NCBI RefSeq assembly: GCF_052095695.1
Contig: NZ_JBQDLQ010000004.1
Coordinates: 4,200-68,199, forward strand
Direction: 5' to 3'
Origin: Halomonas sp.
GTDB lineage: Bacteria; Pseudomonadota; Gammaproteobacteria; Pseudomonadales; Halomonadaceae
DNA: 64,000 nucleotides
Position numbers and translations under genes: made by a program. The notes beneath the pieces are model-generated. The model searched no databases. It was given only the letters and a program-made list of their open reading frames with translations, and was not told where the DNA came from. This document shows positions 1-9,294 of the stretch, piece after piece. Positions within the stretch are counted from its first letter, which is position 1; every line of letters starts with the position of its first letter.

Positions 1-712
1 GGAGCGGTACATCAAGAAAGCAATAGAACTCCTGCGCGCCTTCGGCATTGCCCCCATTACCCATGGGCATAAACGAGACACGCTTTGCATCGCCGACATA
101 CTGATCCCAGTGACTCTGCGGTGCCAAGGCATCATCAGCAGGCACGCGTACATTCCAGTTCACATAACCCACGTATTGGCGCTCAACGGGGTGCCCCACG
201 ACCTTACCACGCAGCTTTGAATGAGTACCTTCGGCGACGACTAATAAGTCTGCGTGGAGGCTTTCGCCATCGTCAAAATGCGCAGAAACACCGTCGTGCG
301 TCAGCGTGTAATCATGACAGCGGCGACCAAACTGCACATGCTCGGTGCCTACCGCGTCTAGCAGCATTTGTTGTAGGGCGGCGCGAGAAATGGGGCATGC
401 ACGCTGCTCAATCTCTTCAAATAGCGGCGCCAGGCTAAAATCGGTTAAGGGTTGACCGTCATGCGTCAGATAGCGCATCTGGGTGATGTTGCCACTTAAG
501 CCTTCAATGGCGTTACCAAGGCCTAGTTGATGCATGACTTTCACGCCGTTAGACCATATCGAGAGCGCGGCGCCTACTGGACGCATCGTTGCTACGCGTT
601 CAACCACTGTGACCTGATGCCCTTGCCGCTGGAAAGCGAGAGCTGTGCTCAGCCCGCCAATGCCCGCGCCGATAACGAGAATATTGAGAGGCGTAGTCAG
701 GGGGTGGGACAT
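1..712 (-). CDS. hpxO: FAD-dependent urate hydroxylase HpxO-like monooxygenase (partial, runs off left edge)
   Basis: Not in the ORF track. Manual translation from ATG at 712 gives MSHPLTTPLNILVIGAGIGGLSTALA...MRPVGAALSIWSNGVK...WDQYVGDAKRVSFMPMG...EFYCFLDVPL, with a GxGxxG FAD motif and HpxO-like segments. GGAG RBS upstream. Confidence 0.8.
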   Translation of the reverse strand, partial: MSHPLTTPLNILVIGAGIGGLSTALAFQRQGHQVTVVERVATMRPVGAALSIWSNGVKVMHQLGLGNAIEGLSGNITQMRYLTHDGQPLTDFSLAPLFEEIEQRACPISRAALQQMLLDAVGTEHVQFGRRCHDYTLTHDGVSAHFDDGESLHADLLVVAEGTHSKLRGKVVGHPVERQYVGYVNWNVRVPADDALAPQSHWDQYVGDAKRVSFMPMGNGGNAEGAQEFYCFLDVPL

Positions 713-776
713 AGCGAGCTCCTTGAAAAATGGGAAGGCACAACGGCTAACGCGTCATATCAGCTGTTACCGCTAA

Positions 777-786
777 CTGTATACAG
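777..786. promoter_or_regulatory. Palindrome CTGTATACAG, possible GntR-family operator for hpxO
   Basis: Perfect 10-bp palindrome between the sigma54 motif and the hpxO start; resembles TGTATACA-type GntR/FadR sites. Confidence 0.4.
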
Positions 787-805
787 CGTTAAACCTTAAT
801 GTATA

Positions 806-822
806 AGCAATCATAGTGCCAA
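806..822 (-). promoter_or_regulatory. Sigma54 (-24/-12) promoter for hpxO
   Basis: Minus strand reads TTGGCACTATGATTGCT, matching TGGCAC-N5-TTGC with exact GG-N10-GC spacing. Confidence 0.75.
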
Positions 823-845
823 GTCAGTCGTTATTTACCTGGGCT

Positions 846-2954
846 TCAAAACCTAACCGATGCCTGTAGGCTGACTTCCAGTGGGTCGCCGACCACTACC
901 CGTGTGTTGCCACCGCTGGAAGGGTAGTAAGTGGTGTCGAACAGGTTCTTGGCATTGAGTTGCAGGTGAAGGGTATCGCCCAGCCAAGGGGTGTCCCAGC
1001 CGATAAACGCGTCAGCGACGGTGTAGTCGTCTAATTGGAAGCTGTTGTCTGCATCGCCTTCGCGCTCACCCACATAGCGAACCCCGCCACCTAAGCGCCA
1101 GTTGCCCAGTTCAGGCGCGGTTGTTAAGTCGTGCGCCAAGTAGAGGCTGGCGGTATGGCGTGCGGCGTTGGTCAACCGGTTGCCCTGGGTATCTTCGGTG
1201 TCTTTGAGTACTTCGGTGTCGGTATAGGCGTAAGCGCCTAGTAGTGCAAGCTGATCGGTCAACTGGCCGGAAACCGTTAGCTCCATCCCCCGTGAACCCG
1301 CTTCGCCTACCGTGCGGGTCACACCGTCGTCGGAGACGGCAACATTCTCCTTGCGGATATCGAACAGCGCAACGGCCAACGAGAACTGGTCGTTCCATAG
1401 GTGTTTAACGCCGATTTCGCTGCCCATACTGTGTTCAGGGGCCAGCGCTTGTCCGGTATCGCTGTCGGCCCCATTGGGCACAAACGCTTCGCTGTAGCTG
1501 GCATAAACGGACGTATCCGGAGTCAGGCGATGCAGCAGGCTGATTGATGGCAGGAAAATATCGTCGCTGGTATCCGTCTCGGTAATGAAGTCTTGACCAC
1601 TGCCGGAAAACTGCTCGTAGTGGGTATAGCGCCCGCCTAGCCCCAGCGTCCAGCGGTCGTTGAAGTGCCAACGGTCATTGAGATAAACGCCAGTGGTATT
1701 GATCTCATCCAAGCGGTTGCTGCGCGAGGTGTTAAGGCTATCGCTATCCAGATTCAGGCCACCGTAGCTCATGTCGTAAATATTTTGATCCGTCACCGCC
1801 GTGCCGCGATACACCTCGGCCAGATAGTCGCGGCGACGTTCGTGGTCAATTCCTACGGTAAGGTCGTGGCGCATGCCTGCCAGAGAGGCGGTGCCGCTAG
1901 TATCCCAGGCGGTGTACTGTACGCGGCGGTCAAAGCCGATATTGGCATCGGCACGACGTGTTAATGCGCCGCTCTGCTCGTTAACGCTCAATACTCTAGG
2001 TTGGCCATCGCTATACTGCCGGCGGTTCCAGCCGTAGGTAAGCCGTGTTGACCAGTCGTGGTTAATATCCTGTTCCCACCAGGCGGTGACGGCTTCGTCG
2101 TGACCGAAAACCCGCGACCAGGGTTCATCGAAACGGCGGTCACTCGGTACCTTGGCAGGTTCACCATCAATCATCACCGTGCCGCGATCCAGATCCAAGT
2201 CGTAGTCGCGATACTCATGGGAGATTTGTGCACGATTGTCGTGGCCTTCCCAGCGCAGCGAAGGGGCAATAATCGTGCGTCGATCATGACCAAAAACGCG
2301 CGCGGAGTCTTCATCTTCATGATGGACGATAAATCGGAAGGCCAGGCCGGTATCGGCAATTGGCCCGGTGACATCCACGCTGGTATTGCCGCCACCCAAG
2401 GAGGTAGCTTCGGCGCTGATCTCGCGCTGCCACTCGTACTCAGGGCGTTTGGTGACCAGGTTGATCACTCCGCCAGGATCCTGCTGGCCTTGAAAGAGCG
2501 AGGCGGGTCCCTTGAGTACGTCGACATGATCCACCGTCGCCATTGAGAAGGTGCCGCGCGGTTGGCGAATGCCGTCGATCAGTATCGAACCATCGCTGTT
2601 GCTGCCGAAGCCGCGTTTGATATAGCCGTCCTCGGTGCCCCCCATGTTATTACCTGCGGTCACCCCTGCAACCATCGCCATTGCTTCGTCCAAGCTGTCA
2701 ATGTCATGGTCGGCCATCACCTGGGCGGTGACGGTCTCTACGGCGCGGGCCTCTTCTAAAAACGACACCGGCTGTTTGCTGGCAAGGCTTGAGCGCTGGG
2801 CACGATAGCTCTGCGGAGCCACATCAGCGAGCCGGTCTGAGGTGACGATTAGTGTTTCTGGCGCGGTCTCGTTGGCCTGTTGTGCATAGACATCGGACAG
2901 TGGGTTCAGCAGTAGCAGTGGCGAAAACAGTGCAAAGGTTCGGGAGCGCAACAT
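846..2954 (-). CDS. TonB-dependent siderophore receptor
   Basis: Signal peptide, TonB-box-like ETLIVT, plug motif VDVLKGPASLFQG...PGGVINLVTKRP, C-terminal NAKNLFDTTYY and terminal Phe. Start placed at ATG 2954; the ORF extends to 2996. Confidence 0.9.
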   Translation of the reverse strand: MLRSRTFALFSPLLLLNPLSDVYAQQANETAPETLIVTSDRLADVAPQSYRAQRSSLASKQPVSFLEEARAVETVTAQVMADHDIDSLDEAMAMVAGVTAGNNMGGTEDGYIKRGFGSNSDGSILIDGIRQPRGTFSMATVDHVDVLKGPASLFQGQQDPGGVINLVTKRPEYEWQREISAEATSLGGGNTSVDVTGPIADTGLAFRFIVHHEDEDSARVFGHDRRTIIAPSLRWEGHDNRAQISHEYRDYDLDLDRGTVMIDGEPAKVPSDRRFDEPWSRVFGHDEAVTAWWEQDINHDWSTRLTYGWNRRQYSDGQPRVLSVNEQSGALTRRADANIGFDRRVQYTAWDTSGTASLAGMRHDLTVGIDHERRRDYLAEVYRGTAVTDQNIYDMSYGGLNLDSDSLNTSRSNRLDEINTTGVYLNDRWHFNDRWTLGLGGRYTHYEQFSGSGQDFITETDTSDDIFLPSISLLHRLTPDTSVYASYSEAFVPNGADSDTGQALAPEHSMGSEIGVKHLWNDQFSLAVALFDIRKENVAVSDDGVTRTVGEAGSRGMELTVSGQLTDQLALLGAYAYTDTEVLKDTEDTQGNRLTNAARHTASLYLAHDLTTAPELGNWRLGGGVRYVGEREGDADNSFQLDDYTVADAFIGWDTPWLGDTLHLQLNAKNLFDTTYYPSSGGNTRVVVGDPLEVSLQASVRF

Positions 2955-2999
2955 GGTCGATACAGATCCTGTTATTGTCAGAGGGGAGTGGGCCAAGGA

Positions 3000-4193
3000 T
3001 TATGGAGCGTTGAGTGCGCCCCAAAAGTGATCCTCGTGACTTAGCGCTGGCGTGATAGGTAGTAGCGCATTGAAGGTGGCGGCCGGATCAAGGTCAGTGA
3101 AGTGTTCGGGATAGAGCCATTGGACGATACGTTCGAGCGCTACAATGGCGAAAGGACCCTGATGAAAACCATGCCATAGCGCATAAAACTGTCCATTCTG
3201 AACGGCGTTAAGATGCTTCCAGCCGGGAAGCGATTGGCTCAGATGCCGCAAATCCTGGCTAATATCATCAGCACTGATATCAAGTCCAACACGCACACCA
3301 TCGCCCGCTGTCCACTGTCCCGCGGTATTGAGGATGACGTCGGGTGGGTGGCTGAGCACCCATTCATTACTCAGCGTTGCCGATGCGCCGGGGATTAATG
3401 CATCGGCGAGATTATCGCCACCTGCCCGGGCCACTAGGTCGGCTAGCCCGTTTCTTAGATTGGTACGGCAGCAGTCCACTTTCACCCCAGGGGCGACGTT
3501 GATTAGGACGGTGGGGGCATTGGTGGGCTGTTCCGCCAGCTTCAGGTCTGCCAAGCCCTGGTCGATACGCGCCAAGCGTTGTTCAATTAGGGCAATCATT
3601 GCGTCGGCCCGGGGCATCGCGTTCAAGGCCTCGCCTAAAAGCGCAAGGCTTTTGGGCGTGTTCTCCAGCGGGTGGCGGTTAAAGTCGATAAACAGATAGG
3701 CAATACCTAGCTCGTCCAGTAGCTGCGCCAGCGGAGAGCCTTCGAAGTTGCTAACGCGCGCGAGATCAAGCAGTACTAAGTCTGGGGCCAGATTAAGCAG
3801 CGCTTCGCTATCGAGCTGGGGTGTCGGCGCGTTTGAAAGAGCGGGCAGTTGATCAAGTGCAGGCCACTGAGTGATAAAACGTTGAGCCATGGCGGGGTCA
3901 AATACGGTCAGCGGATAGGCCCAGCCCGCTAAGCGCGGTGTTGGGTCATCCAGTAGTGTTGCCAAGGCATAAAGCTGGCGTGGCTGGGTAAGAAACAAGC
4001 GTGTTGGCGGTGCTGAAAGCGTTACCTGACGCCCGGCAAGATCAGTCAGTGTTTTAGGAAAGTCTTTAGACGCGGCCGCCTGTGAATCGGTTGCCCAGCA
4101 AGCGGCAGCGATTAACAGGCTCATCCAACACAACAAATTAATAGCCAAGCGGCGCACCGAATGATCATAAATGGTGGTTGTTGATATAAACAT
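3000..4193 (-). CDS. Iron-complex ABC transporter substrate-binding protein (class III helical-backbone)
   Basis: TLTDLAGRQVTL, EALLNLAPDLV, LNAVQNGQ motifs; DCC motif; operon context. Confidence 0.85.
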   Translation of the reverse strand: MFISTTTIYDHSVRRLAINLLCWMSLLIAAACWATDSQAAASKDFPKTLTDLAGRQVTLSAPPTRLFLTQPRQLYALATLLDDPTPRLAGWAYPLTVFDPAMAQRFITQWPALDQLPALSNAPTPQLDSEALLNLAPDLVLLDLARVSNFEGSPLAQLLDELGIAYLFIDFNRHPLENTPKSLALLGEALNAMPRADAMIALIEQRLARIDQGLADLKLAEQPTNAPTVLINVAPGVKVDCCRTNLRNGLADLVARAGGDNLADALIPGASATLSNEWVLSHPPDVILNTAGQWTAGDGVRVGLDISADDISQDLRHLSQSLPGWKHLNAVQNGQFYALWHGFHQGPFAIVALERIVQWLYPEHFTDLDPAATFNALLPITPALSHEDHFWGALNAP

Positions 4194-4978
4194 TACAACG
4201 GCTCGCTGACGCGATCACTGAGCACAAGTGGCCGCCCCAGCGAGCATCGCTCGACCCGTGACTCGACCCCATAGGCGGTGTGCAGTACGTCGGGGGTAAT
4301 CACCTCGTGAGGATCACCTGCAGCCAGTAGCCCGCCGTTACCAAATAGCAGCACTTGATCACAAAAGCGTAGAGCTAGGTTGATATCGTGGATGGCCATT
4401 AGGCAGACCGCCTGACGCTCCGTTATCACCGAGCGCACGGTATCAATCAGCGCCAGCTGCCAGCGCAAATCTAGCGCGCTGGTGGGCTCATCCAGTAGTA
4501 ATAGTGCGGGCTGGCGGGCGATCGCCTGAGCTAGGCCGACCATTTGACGCTGCCCGCCGGAGAGCTCACTCAATGGGCGCAATGCTAACGGGCGAATGGC
4601 CAGTGCATCGAAAACGCGCTCGATTAACGTGTCTATCTCTGTACGGCCTAGGTCGGGGCGCACGGCACGACAAGCGCTCAGTACCGCTTCGTAGGCCACT
4701 AACGTGGTGGCCTGAGGGAGTGTTTGCGGAAGATAGCCCACATGACGCATCCGCGCGGCGCCACTGAGGGGGGTGAGGTCGATATCATTAAGCTGCATAC
4801 GTCCGCGGGCTGGCTGTAAACCCGCGATGGCTTTTAACAGGGTCGATTTACCCACCGCATTGGGCCCCAACACTGCGACCAGTGAACCGGGTGGCAGTGT
4901 GGGCAAGCTTAGCTGCTCGAAAACGCGCCGTTTGCGGTAGCCGGTCGTGACGTTGCTGAGCGTAAAGCCTGCTTTCAT
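4193..4978 (-). CDS. Iron-complex ABC transporter ATP-binding protein
   Basis: Walker A GPNAVGKS, signature LSGGQRQ, Walker B LLLDEPTSALD. Confidence 0.92.
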   Translation of the reverse strand: MKAGFTLSNVTTGYRKRRVFEQLSLPTLPPGSLVAVLGPNAVGKSTLLKAIAGLQPARGRMQLNDIDLTPLSGAARMRHVGYLPQTLPQATTLVAYEAVLSACRAVRPDLGRTEIDTLIERVFDALAIRPLALRPLSELSGGQRQMVGLAQAIARQPALLLLDEPTSALDLRWQLALIDTVRSVITERQAVCLMAIHDINLALRFCDQVLLFGNGGLLAAGDPHEVITPDVLHTAYGVESRVERCSLGRPLVLSDRVSEPL

Positions 4979-6033
4979 CGCGCGCGCCCCCGCAGCATGA
5001 TTAACGCCATAAAGAAGGGAATGCCTACCAGCGAGGTTACTAAGCCCACAGGCAGCACCAGCCCATCGACCAGCGTTTTACTGGCGATCGACGCTAGCGA
5101 TAGCACCAGCGCCCCCGCCAAGGCGCTGCCCGGTAAGTAAAAGCGATGATCTTCACCCAATGCCAGGCGTGCCATATGCGGGCCGACTAGCCCAATAAAG
5201 CCAATGGTGCCCACAAACGCGACTGCTGCAGCGGCGAGCAGGCTCACTCTAAGTAGCGAGATAAGTCGCAAACGCTCAACCGCAATCCCGAAGCTGCGCG
5301 CATGTTCATCACCCGAGCGCAGTGCTGTCATCGCCCAGGCGCTGCGCAACGAGAAAGGCATGCAAATGGCTAATACCACTGCCACGATGGCCACCGTGTC
5401 CCAAGAGGCGCGTGACAGGCTTCCCATCGTCCAGAACACTAATTGCTGTAGCGCATCGGGACTAGCGATGAGCTGCAAAAGTGCCACCAGCGCGTTGAGT
5501 ACAAATACCAATGCGATGCCGAATAACACAATAATCTCACGGCTGGCGCCGTAGAGACGAGATAAAGCATTGATAGTCAGCATCGACGCCGCCGCAAACA
5601 TAAAGGCCATTAAAGCGGTGGCGTAGTGGGTGTTTAAACCAAACAAGGTGAGATTGAAAACAATGACCAGCGAAGCGCCTAGGGTGGCCGCCGCACCAAC
5701 GCCCAGCGTGAACGGGCTGGCTAGCGGGTTATTCAGCACCGTTTGCATTTCTGCCCCTGCCAGCCCCAGCGCTGCGCCTACCAGCACTGCCATGAGTGCG
5801 GCAGGGAGGCGGATTTCCCAGACAATGGCTTGTTGAATCGGCCCTTGGGACTGTGCATCAAAAATCAGCGTGATCAGTTTACTAAGCGAAATAGATGCTG
5901 GGCCGGTGGCGATATCGGCAAGTAGCGACAATACCAACGCGATCGCTAAGCCTGCGACGATCAATAGGCGAGTAACAATAAAGCGCCGATAGGTGGATGC
6001 CAACGGAGCAGCAAGTGGCGAAGAGGCGGGCAT
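4975..6033 (-). CDS. FecCD/BtuC-family ABC permease
   Basis: IRLP, QTVLNNPLASPFTLGV, GTIGFIGLVGPH motifs; multiple TM helices. Confidence 0.92.
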   Translation of the reverse strand: MPASSPLAAPLASTYRRFIVTRLLIVAGLAIALVLSLLADIATGPASISLSKLITLIFDAQSQGPIQQAIVWEIRLPAALMAVLVGAALGLAGAEMQTVLNNPLASPFTLGVGAAATLGASLVIVFNLTLFGLNTHYATALMAFMFAAASMLTINALSRLYGASREIIVLFGIALVFVLNALVALLQLIASPDALQQLVFWTMGSLSRASWDTVAIVAVVLAICMPFSLRSAWAMTALRSGDEHARSFGIAVERLRLISLLRVSLLAAAAVAFVGTIGFIGLVGPHMARLALGEDHRFYLPGSALAGALVLSLASIASKTLVDGLVLPVGLVTSLVGIPFFMALIMLRGRAR

Positions 6034-6067
6034 TGTGAAGGTGTTTCCAGGTGAGAGCGAAAAGCTA

Positions 6068-6099
6068 TCAGACTTAGTCTTATTTGCGACTAAAACTCA
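6068..6099. promoter_or_regulatory. Possible tandem Fur boxes upstream of the iron ABC/TonB operon
   Basis: Minus strand AATGAGTTTTAGTCGCAAATAAGACTAAGTCTGA contains two degenerate 7-1-7 Fur-like units; context is iron uptake. Confidence 0.45.
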
Positions 6100-6182
6100 T
6101 TCGTGATTGTATTTTTATCCTTTAGTCGTAGCTTTGTCAACCGCAGGGAAACCAAGCGTTGCCTGATTGCGGTGTGGTTGCC

Positions 6183-6218
6183 GCTATGCTCTATTGAACG
6201 GCTAGGCTCTATTAAAGC
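6183..6218 (+). repeat. Two-copy 18-bp imperfect tandem repeat upstream of fbaB
   Basis: GCTATGCTCTATTGAACG followed by GCTAGGCTCTATTAAAGC. Confidence 0.6.
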
Positions 6219-6265
6219 AGTATCTGATCCGCGCTTACTTTTCAAAATATCTCAAGGACTTCATT

Positions 6266-7318
6266 ATGATTGATATAGCCGCGCTGCTAGGCAGTGATGC
6301 CGATAGCTTGCTTAACCATACGTGTCAGGGGGTTCGTCGAGAGGACTTGCATCTCCCTGGCCCTGATTTTATTGATCGTGTGATGGCCGATAGCGATCGC
6401 AGTCCTGCGGTGCTGCGCAACATGCAGGCGTTTTTTGATCACGGGCGCTTGGCGGGCACCGGTTACCTTAGTTTGCTGCCGGTAGATCAGGGTATCGAGC
6501 ACTCGGCAGGCGCTTCCTTTGCACCGAACCCGCGCTACTTCGACCCGGCCAATATCGTTGAGTTGGCCATTGAAGGGGGCTGTAACGGCGTGGCATCAAC
6601 GCTTGGCGTACTGTCGTCTGTTGCGCGGCGTTATGCGCATAAGATCCCGATGATGTTGAAGCTCAACCACAACGAAACTCTGAGCTACCCGGCGATATAC
6701 GACCAAACGCTATTTGCCGATGTGGAGCAGGCCCACGATATGGGCTGTGTGGCGGTGGGGGCGACGATTTACTTTGGCTCCCACGAGAGCCGTCGGCAAA
6801 TCATGGAAATTAGCGAGGCTTTCGAGCGCGCCCACCAGTTGGGAATGGTGACGGTATTGTGGGCGTATCTGCGCAACCCTGATTTCAAACAGGGTGGCAC
6901 CGACTATCACGCCTCTGCCGATCTAACCAGCCAAGCCAACCACATGGCCGCCACCCTTAAAGCGGATATCGTTAAACAGAAACTGCCTGAGAATAACGGC
7001 GGCTACAACGCGGTTGGCTTCGGTCATACCCACGATAAAGTGTATAGCGCACTGACGACTGATCATCCTATTGACCTAGCCCGCTATCAGGTCGCCAACT
7101 GCTTTATGGGGCGTGCCGGGTTGATTAACTCCGGCGGCGGCTCTAAGGGGCATTCTGACTTGGGTGAAGCCGTGCGCACGGCGGTGATCAATAAGCGTGC
7201 TGGCGGCATGGGGCTAATTTCTGGGCGCAAGGCGTTTCAGAAACCCATGCAGGAAGGCGTCGACCTGCTGCATGCCATTCAGGATGTCTATCTCTCCAAA
7301 GACATTACCATCGCCTAA
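6266..7318 (+). CDS. fbaB: Class I fructose-bisphosphate aldolase
   Basis: [37 protein letters not shown] (Schiff-base Lys), [10 protein letters not shown]; 350 aa like E. coli FbaB. Confidence 0.95.
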   Translation: MIDIAALLGSDADSLLNHTCQGVRREDLHLPGPDFIDRVMADSDRSPAVLRNMQAFFDHGRLAGTGYLSLLPVDQGIEHSAGASFAPNPRYFDPANIVELAIEGGCNGVASTLGVLSSVARRYAHKIPMMLKLNHNETLSYPAIYDQTLFADVEQAHDMGCVAVGATIYFGSHESRRQIMEISEAFERAHQLGMVTVLWAYLRNPDFKQGGTDYHASADLTSQANHMAATLKADIVKQKLPENNGGYNAVGFGHTHDKVYSALTTDHPIDLARYQVANCFMGRAGLINSGGGSKGHSDLGEAVRTAVINKRAGGMGLISGRKAFQKPMQEGVDLLHAIQDVYLSKDITIA

Positions 7319-7326
7319 TCTCACGC

Positions 7327-7360
7327 GCCCCTTCGATGGCTTTTGCGTAACCGAAGGGGT
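7327..7360 (+). terminator. Stem-loop after fbaB (possibly bidirectional terminator)
   Basis: Inverted repeat CCCCTTCG...CGAAGGGG right after the stop codon, between convergent genes; weak U tract. Confidence 0.5.
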
Positions 7361-7452
7361 GTTGCCATTACGTTATTGATGTATTTCAAAAACGCCCCTT
7401 CCCACCTCATCCGTCAACGGTTCTTATACTTTAAGGCTATCGGGGCGGTTGC

Positions 7453-7812
7453 CTATAGGCCATTTAGCATCTTCCAGTTACCCGGATAAAGGGCGTAGCC
7501 AAACAATGCATGGCCGCTATAGGCCAGTTCAGTGCCCTCAGGAAGCCATAGCATTTGCCCAGGAGTGACGACATGTTGCTCACCGTAAGCTTCAACCTGT
7601 AATGCGCCTTCAAGCACGAATATAATCTCGTCGTATAGAAGTGTCCACGTAACGTGCGCTCCCTCCCAACGAGCAAATCCGGCTCCCATCGTCTCGCTTA
7701 TCGAGGCATCGATGGTACGGCCAACCTCAGCATGGCCGGGTGGTCCACCGCGGTGAGTAAACACGGTGTCGCGATAATCGAATTTCCTAACGCGCTGTGC
7801 TTTATCAGGCAT
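7453..7812 (-). CDS. EutQ-like cupin protein
   Basis: MGAGFARWEG...WTLLYDEIIFVLEGAL...PGQMLWLPEGT matches EutQ/cupin_3; GGAG RBS. Confidence 0.8.
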   Translation of the reverse strand: MPDKAQRVRKFDYRDTVFTHRGGPPGHAEVGRTIDASISETMGAGFARWEGAHVTWTLLYDEIIFVLEGALQVEAYGEQHVVTPGQMLWLPEGTELAYSGHALFGYALYPGNWKMLNGL

Positions 7813-7866
7813 ATTGAGCTCTCCTTTGGGGGTTGTGTGAAGCGCTAGCGATTGCGAAAACTTTGC

Positions 7867-9186
7867 TTAAAGCTCACTGCGGCTCGCCCAGGCTGCCTGT
7901 TTCATGCGCATGCTTACGCCGATGCTTAAGATAGGCTCAGGTGGGTTAAGGGCTGGTTTGCCGGATATTGCCAGCATGTCGGCTAATTGGCTTGAGTTCT
8001 GGCCAGTAGCAAGCTCGGCCAATAATTTACCAGAGATAGTTCCCCTTGCGGCCCCGACACTTTGATGTATGCCGGACATCCAGGCGCTATCGCCTACTTT
8101 GCCGAAAAAGGCCGTGTAATTACGTGAGAGTCCGCAGGCTCCTCCCCAAGTGGCGATGAAAGGCACTTGGGATAACGATGGGTAACGAGCGTCGAAAGAT
8201 TCTCGGTGTCCTTGGCGAATACGTTTACGTTCTGCAAGATTGTCGTGATAGCGCGGTACGAAACGGTACTGGTTGCGGACGATAAGCTGGCGTCCCGGCG
8301 TTAAGCGTACGGTCGTCCCTGCGTGGTCTGCTGGCGTTAGCCCAAAGTGATGGGGCGCTCTTGAAAACAGCGTCATTTCCTGGTCTGTTAGAGTGCGAGT
8401 CATGCTCGCAAACGTCATCACCGGCAACATGCGGTGCTTAAGAAAGCCGAATTCTTGTGAAAAGATGTTAGAGCCGAGTAGTAAGTTGGTGGCCTGTACT
8501 TCACCTTCTGGAGTGGTCGCGTACCACTTGCCATTGTGGCGCGTTAGGCTGGCTACGGGGGTGTTTTCGTAGAGCTCGACATTGCTTGGCAATGACTCAC
8601 TAAGACCGCGCACCAAAGCAGCAGGCTGCATCAGTGCTGTATTGGCCGTATAGATCGCTGCGACATAGTGACGAGTGCCTAAAATTGGCTCTAGCTCGTT
8701 TCTATCCAGGCGTTTGTAGGGATAACCACTATCACACAGCAGGCGCTCGTAATGATTAAGATATTTGAGGCCTCTCTCTCCTACAGCCCCTTGGTATTTG
8801 CCTGCCAGCGACCAATCGCAATCAATGTTGTGACGTTCAACTAGGGCGGCTAGATCGCTCACCGCCGATTGATTAAGAGACAGTAATTTTTGCTTACGCG
8901 CTAAATCGTTATCTTCCAGATCACGTTTGTGCGGTAAATCAATGACAAAGCCCGTGTTACGTCCGGAGGCCCCTTGGCCTACCCGTAGGCCTTCTAACAA
9001 TATTACCCGCTCGTTAGGCCGTAGCTCGGCAACGCTTCGAGCCGCCGCAAGCCCAGTAAAGCCTGCACCAATCACCAGCCAGTCGGTTTTTTCGGTACCG
9101 CTTAGCCGCCGCGCCGGTGCCGGTGTATCGAGTAATTGATACCAGCCATTGCAGTTGTCGTCACGGGGAAGAATTGCTTGTGACAT
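7867..9186 (-). CDS. FAD-dependent amine/amino-acid oxidoreductase (DAO family, PuuB/OrdL-like)
   Basis: VIGAGFTGLAAA, GASGRNTGF, MQPAALVRGL. Start placed at ATG 9186 behind GGAGG. Confidence 0.85.
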   Translation of the reverse strand: MSQAILPRDDNCNGWYQLLDTPAPARRLSGTEKTDWLVIGAGFTGLAAARSVAELRPNERVILLEGLRVGQGASGRNTGFVIDLPHKRDLEDNDLARKQKLLSLNQSAVSDLAALVERHNIDCDWSLAGKYQGAVGERGLKYLNHYERLLCDSGYPYKRLDRNELEPILGTRHYVAAIYTANTALMQPAALVRGLSESLPSNVELYENTPVASLTRHNGKWYATTPEGEVQATNLLLGSNIFSQEFGFLKHRMLPVMTFASMTRTLTDQEMTLFSRAPHHFGLTPADHAGTTVRLTPGRQLIVRNQYRFVPRYHDNLAERKRIRQGHRESFDARYPSLSQVPFIATWGGACGLSRNYTAFFGKVGDSAWMSGIHQSVGAARGTISGKLLAELATGQNSSQLADMLAISGKPALNPPEPILSIGVSMRMKQAAWASRSEL

Positions 9187-9294
9187 TTTTAGCCTCCGCT
9201 GTGCCACGGCACAACGTTAATACCGGCTAACACCGGCAAGATAAAAGAGGGCGGCGCCAGTGACACCGCGCAAAGTAAGCAGTTTGACCCAGAT

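Noticed and set aside
777-786. CTGT...ACAG as a LexA box
   Set aside because: LexA needs CTGT-N8-ACAG; the spacer here is only 2 bp.
85-799. Plus-strand ORFs 85..438 and 527..799
   Set aside because: They are shadows of the minus-strand hpxO-like gene and have no recognisable motifs.
7453-7812. Ethanolamine utilisation microcompartment
   Set aside because: Only an EutQ-like cupin; no eutBC or shell genes.
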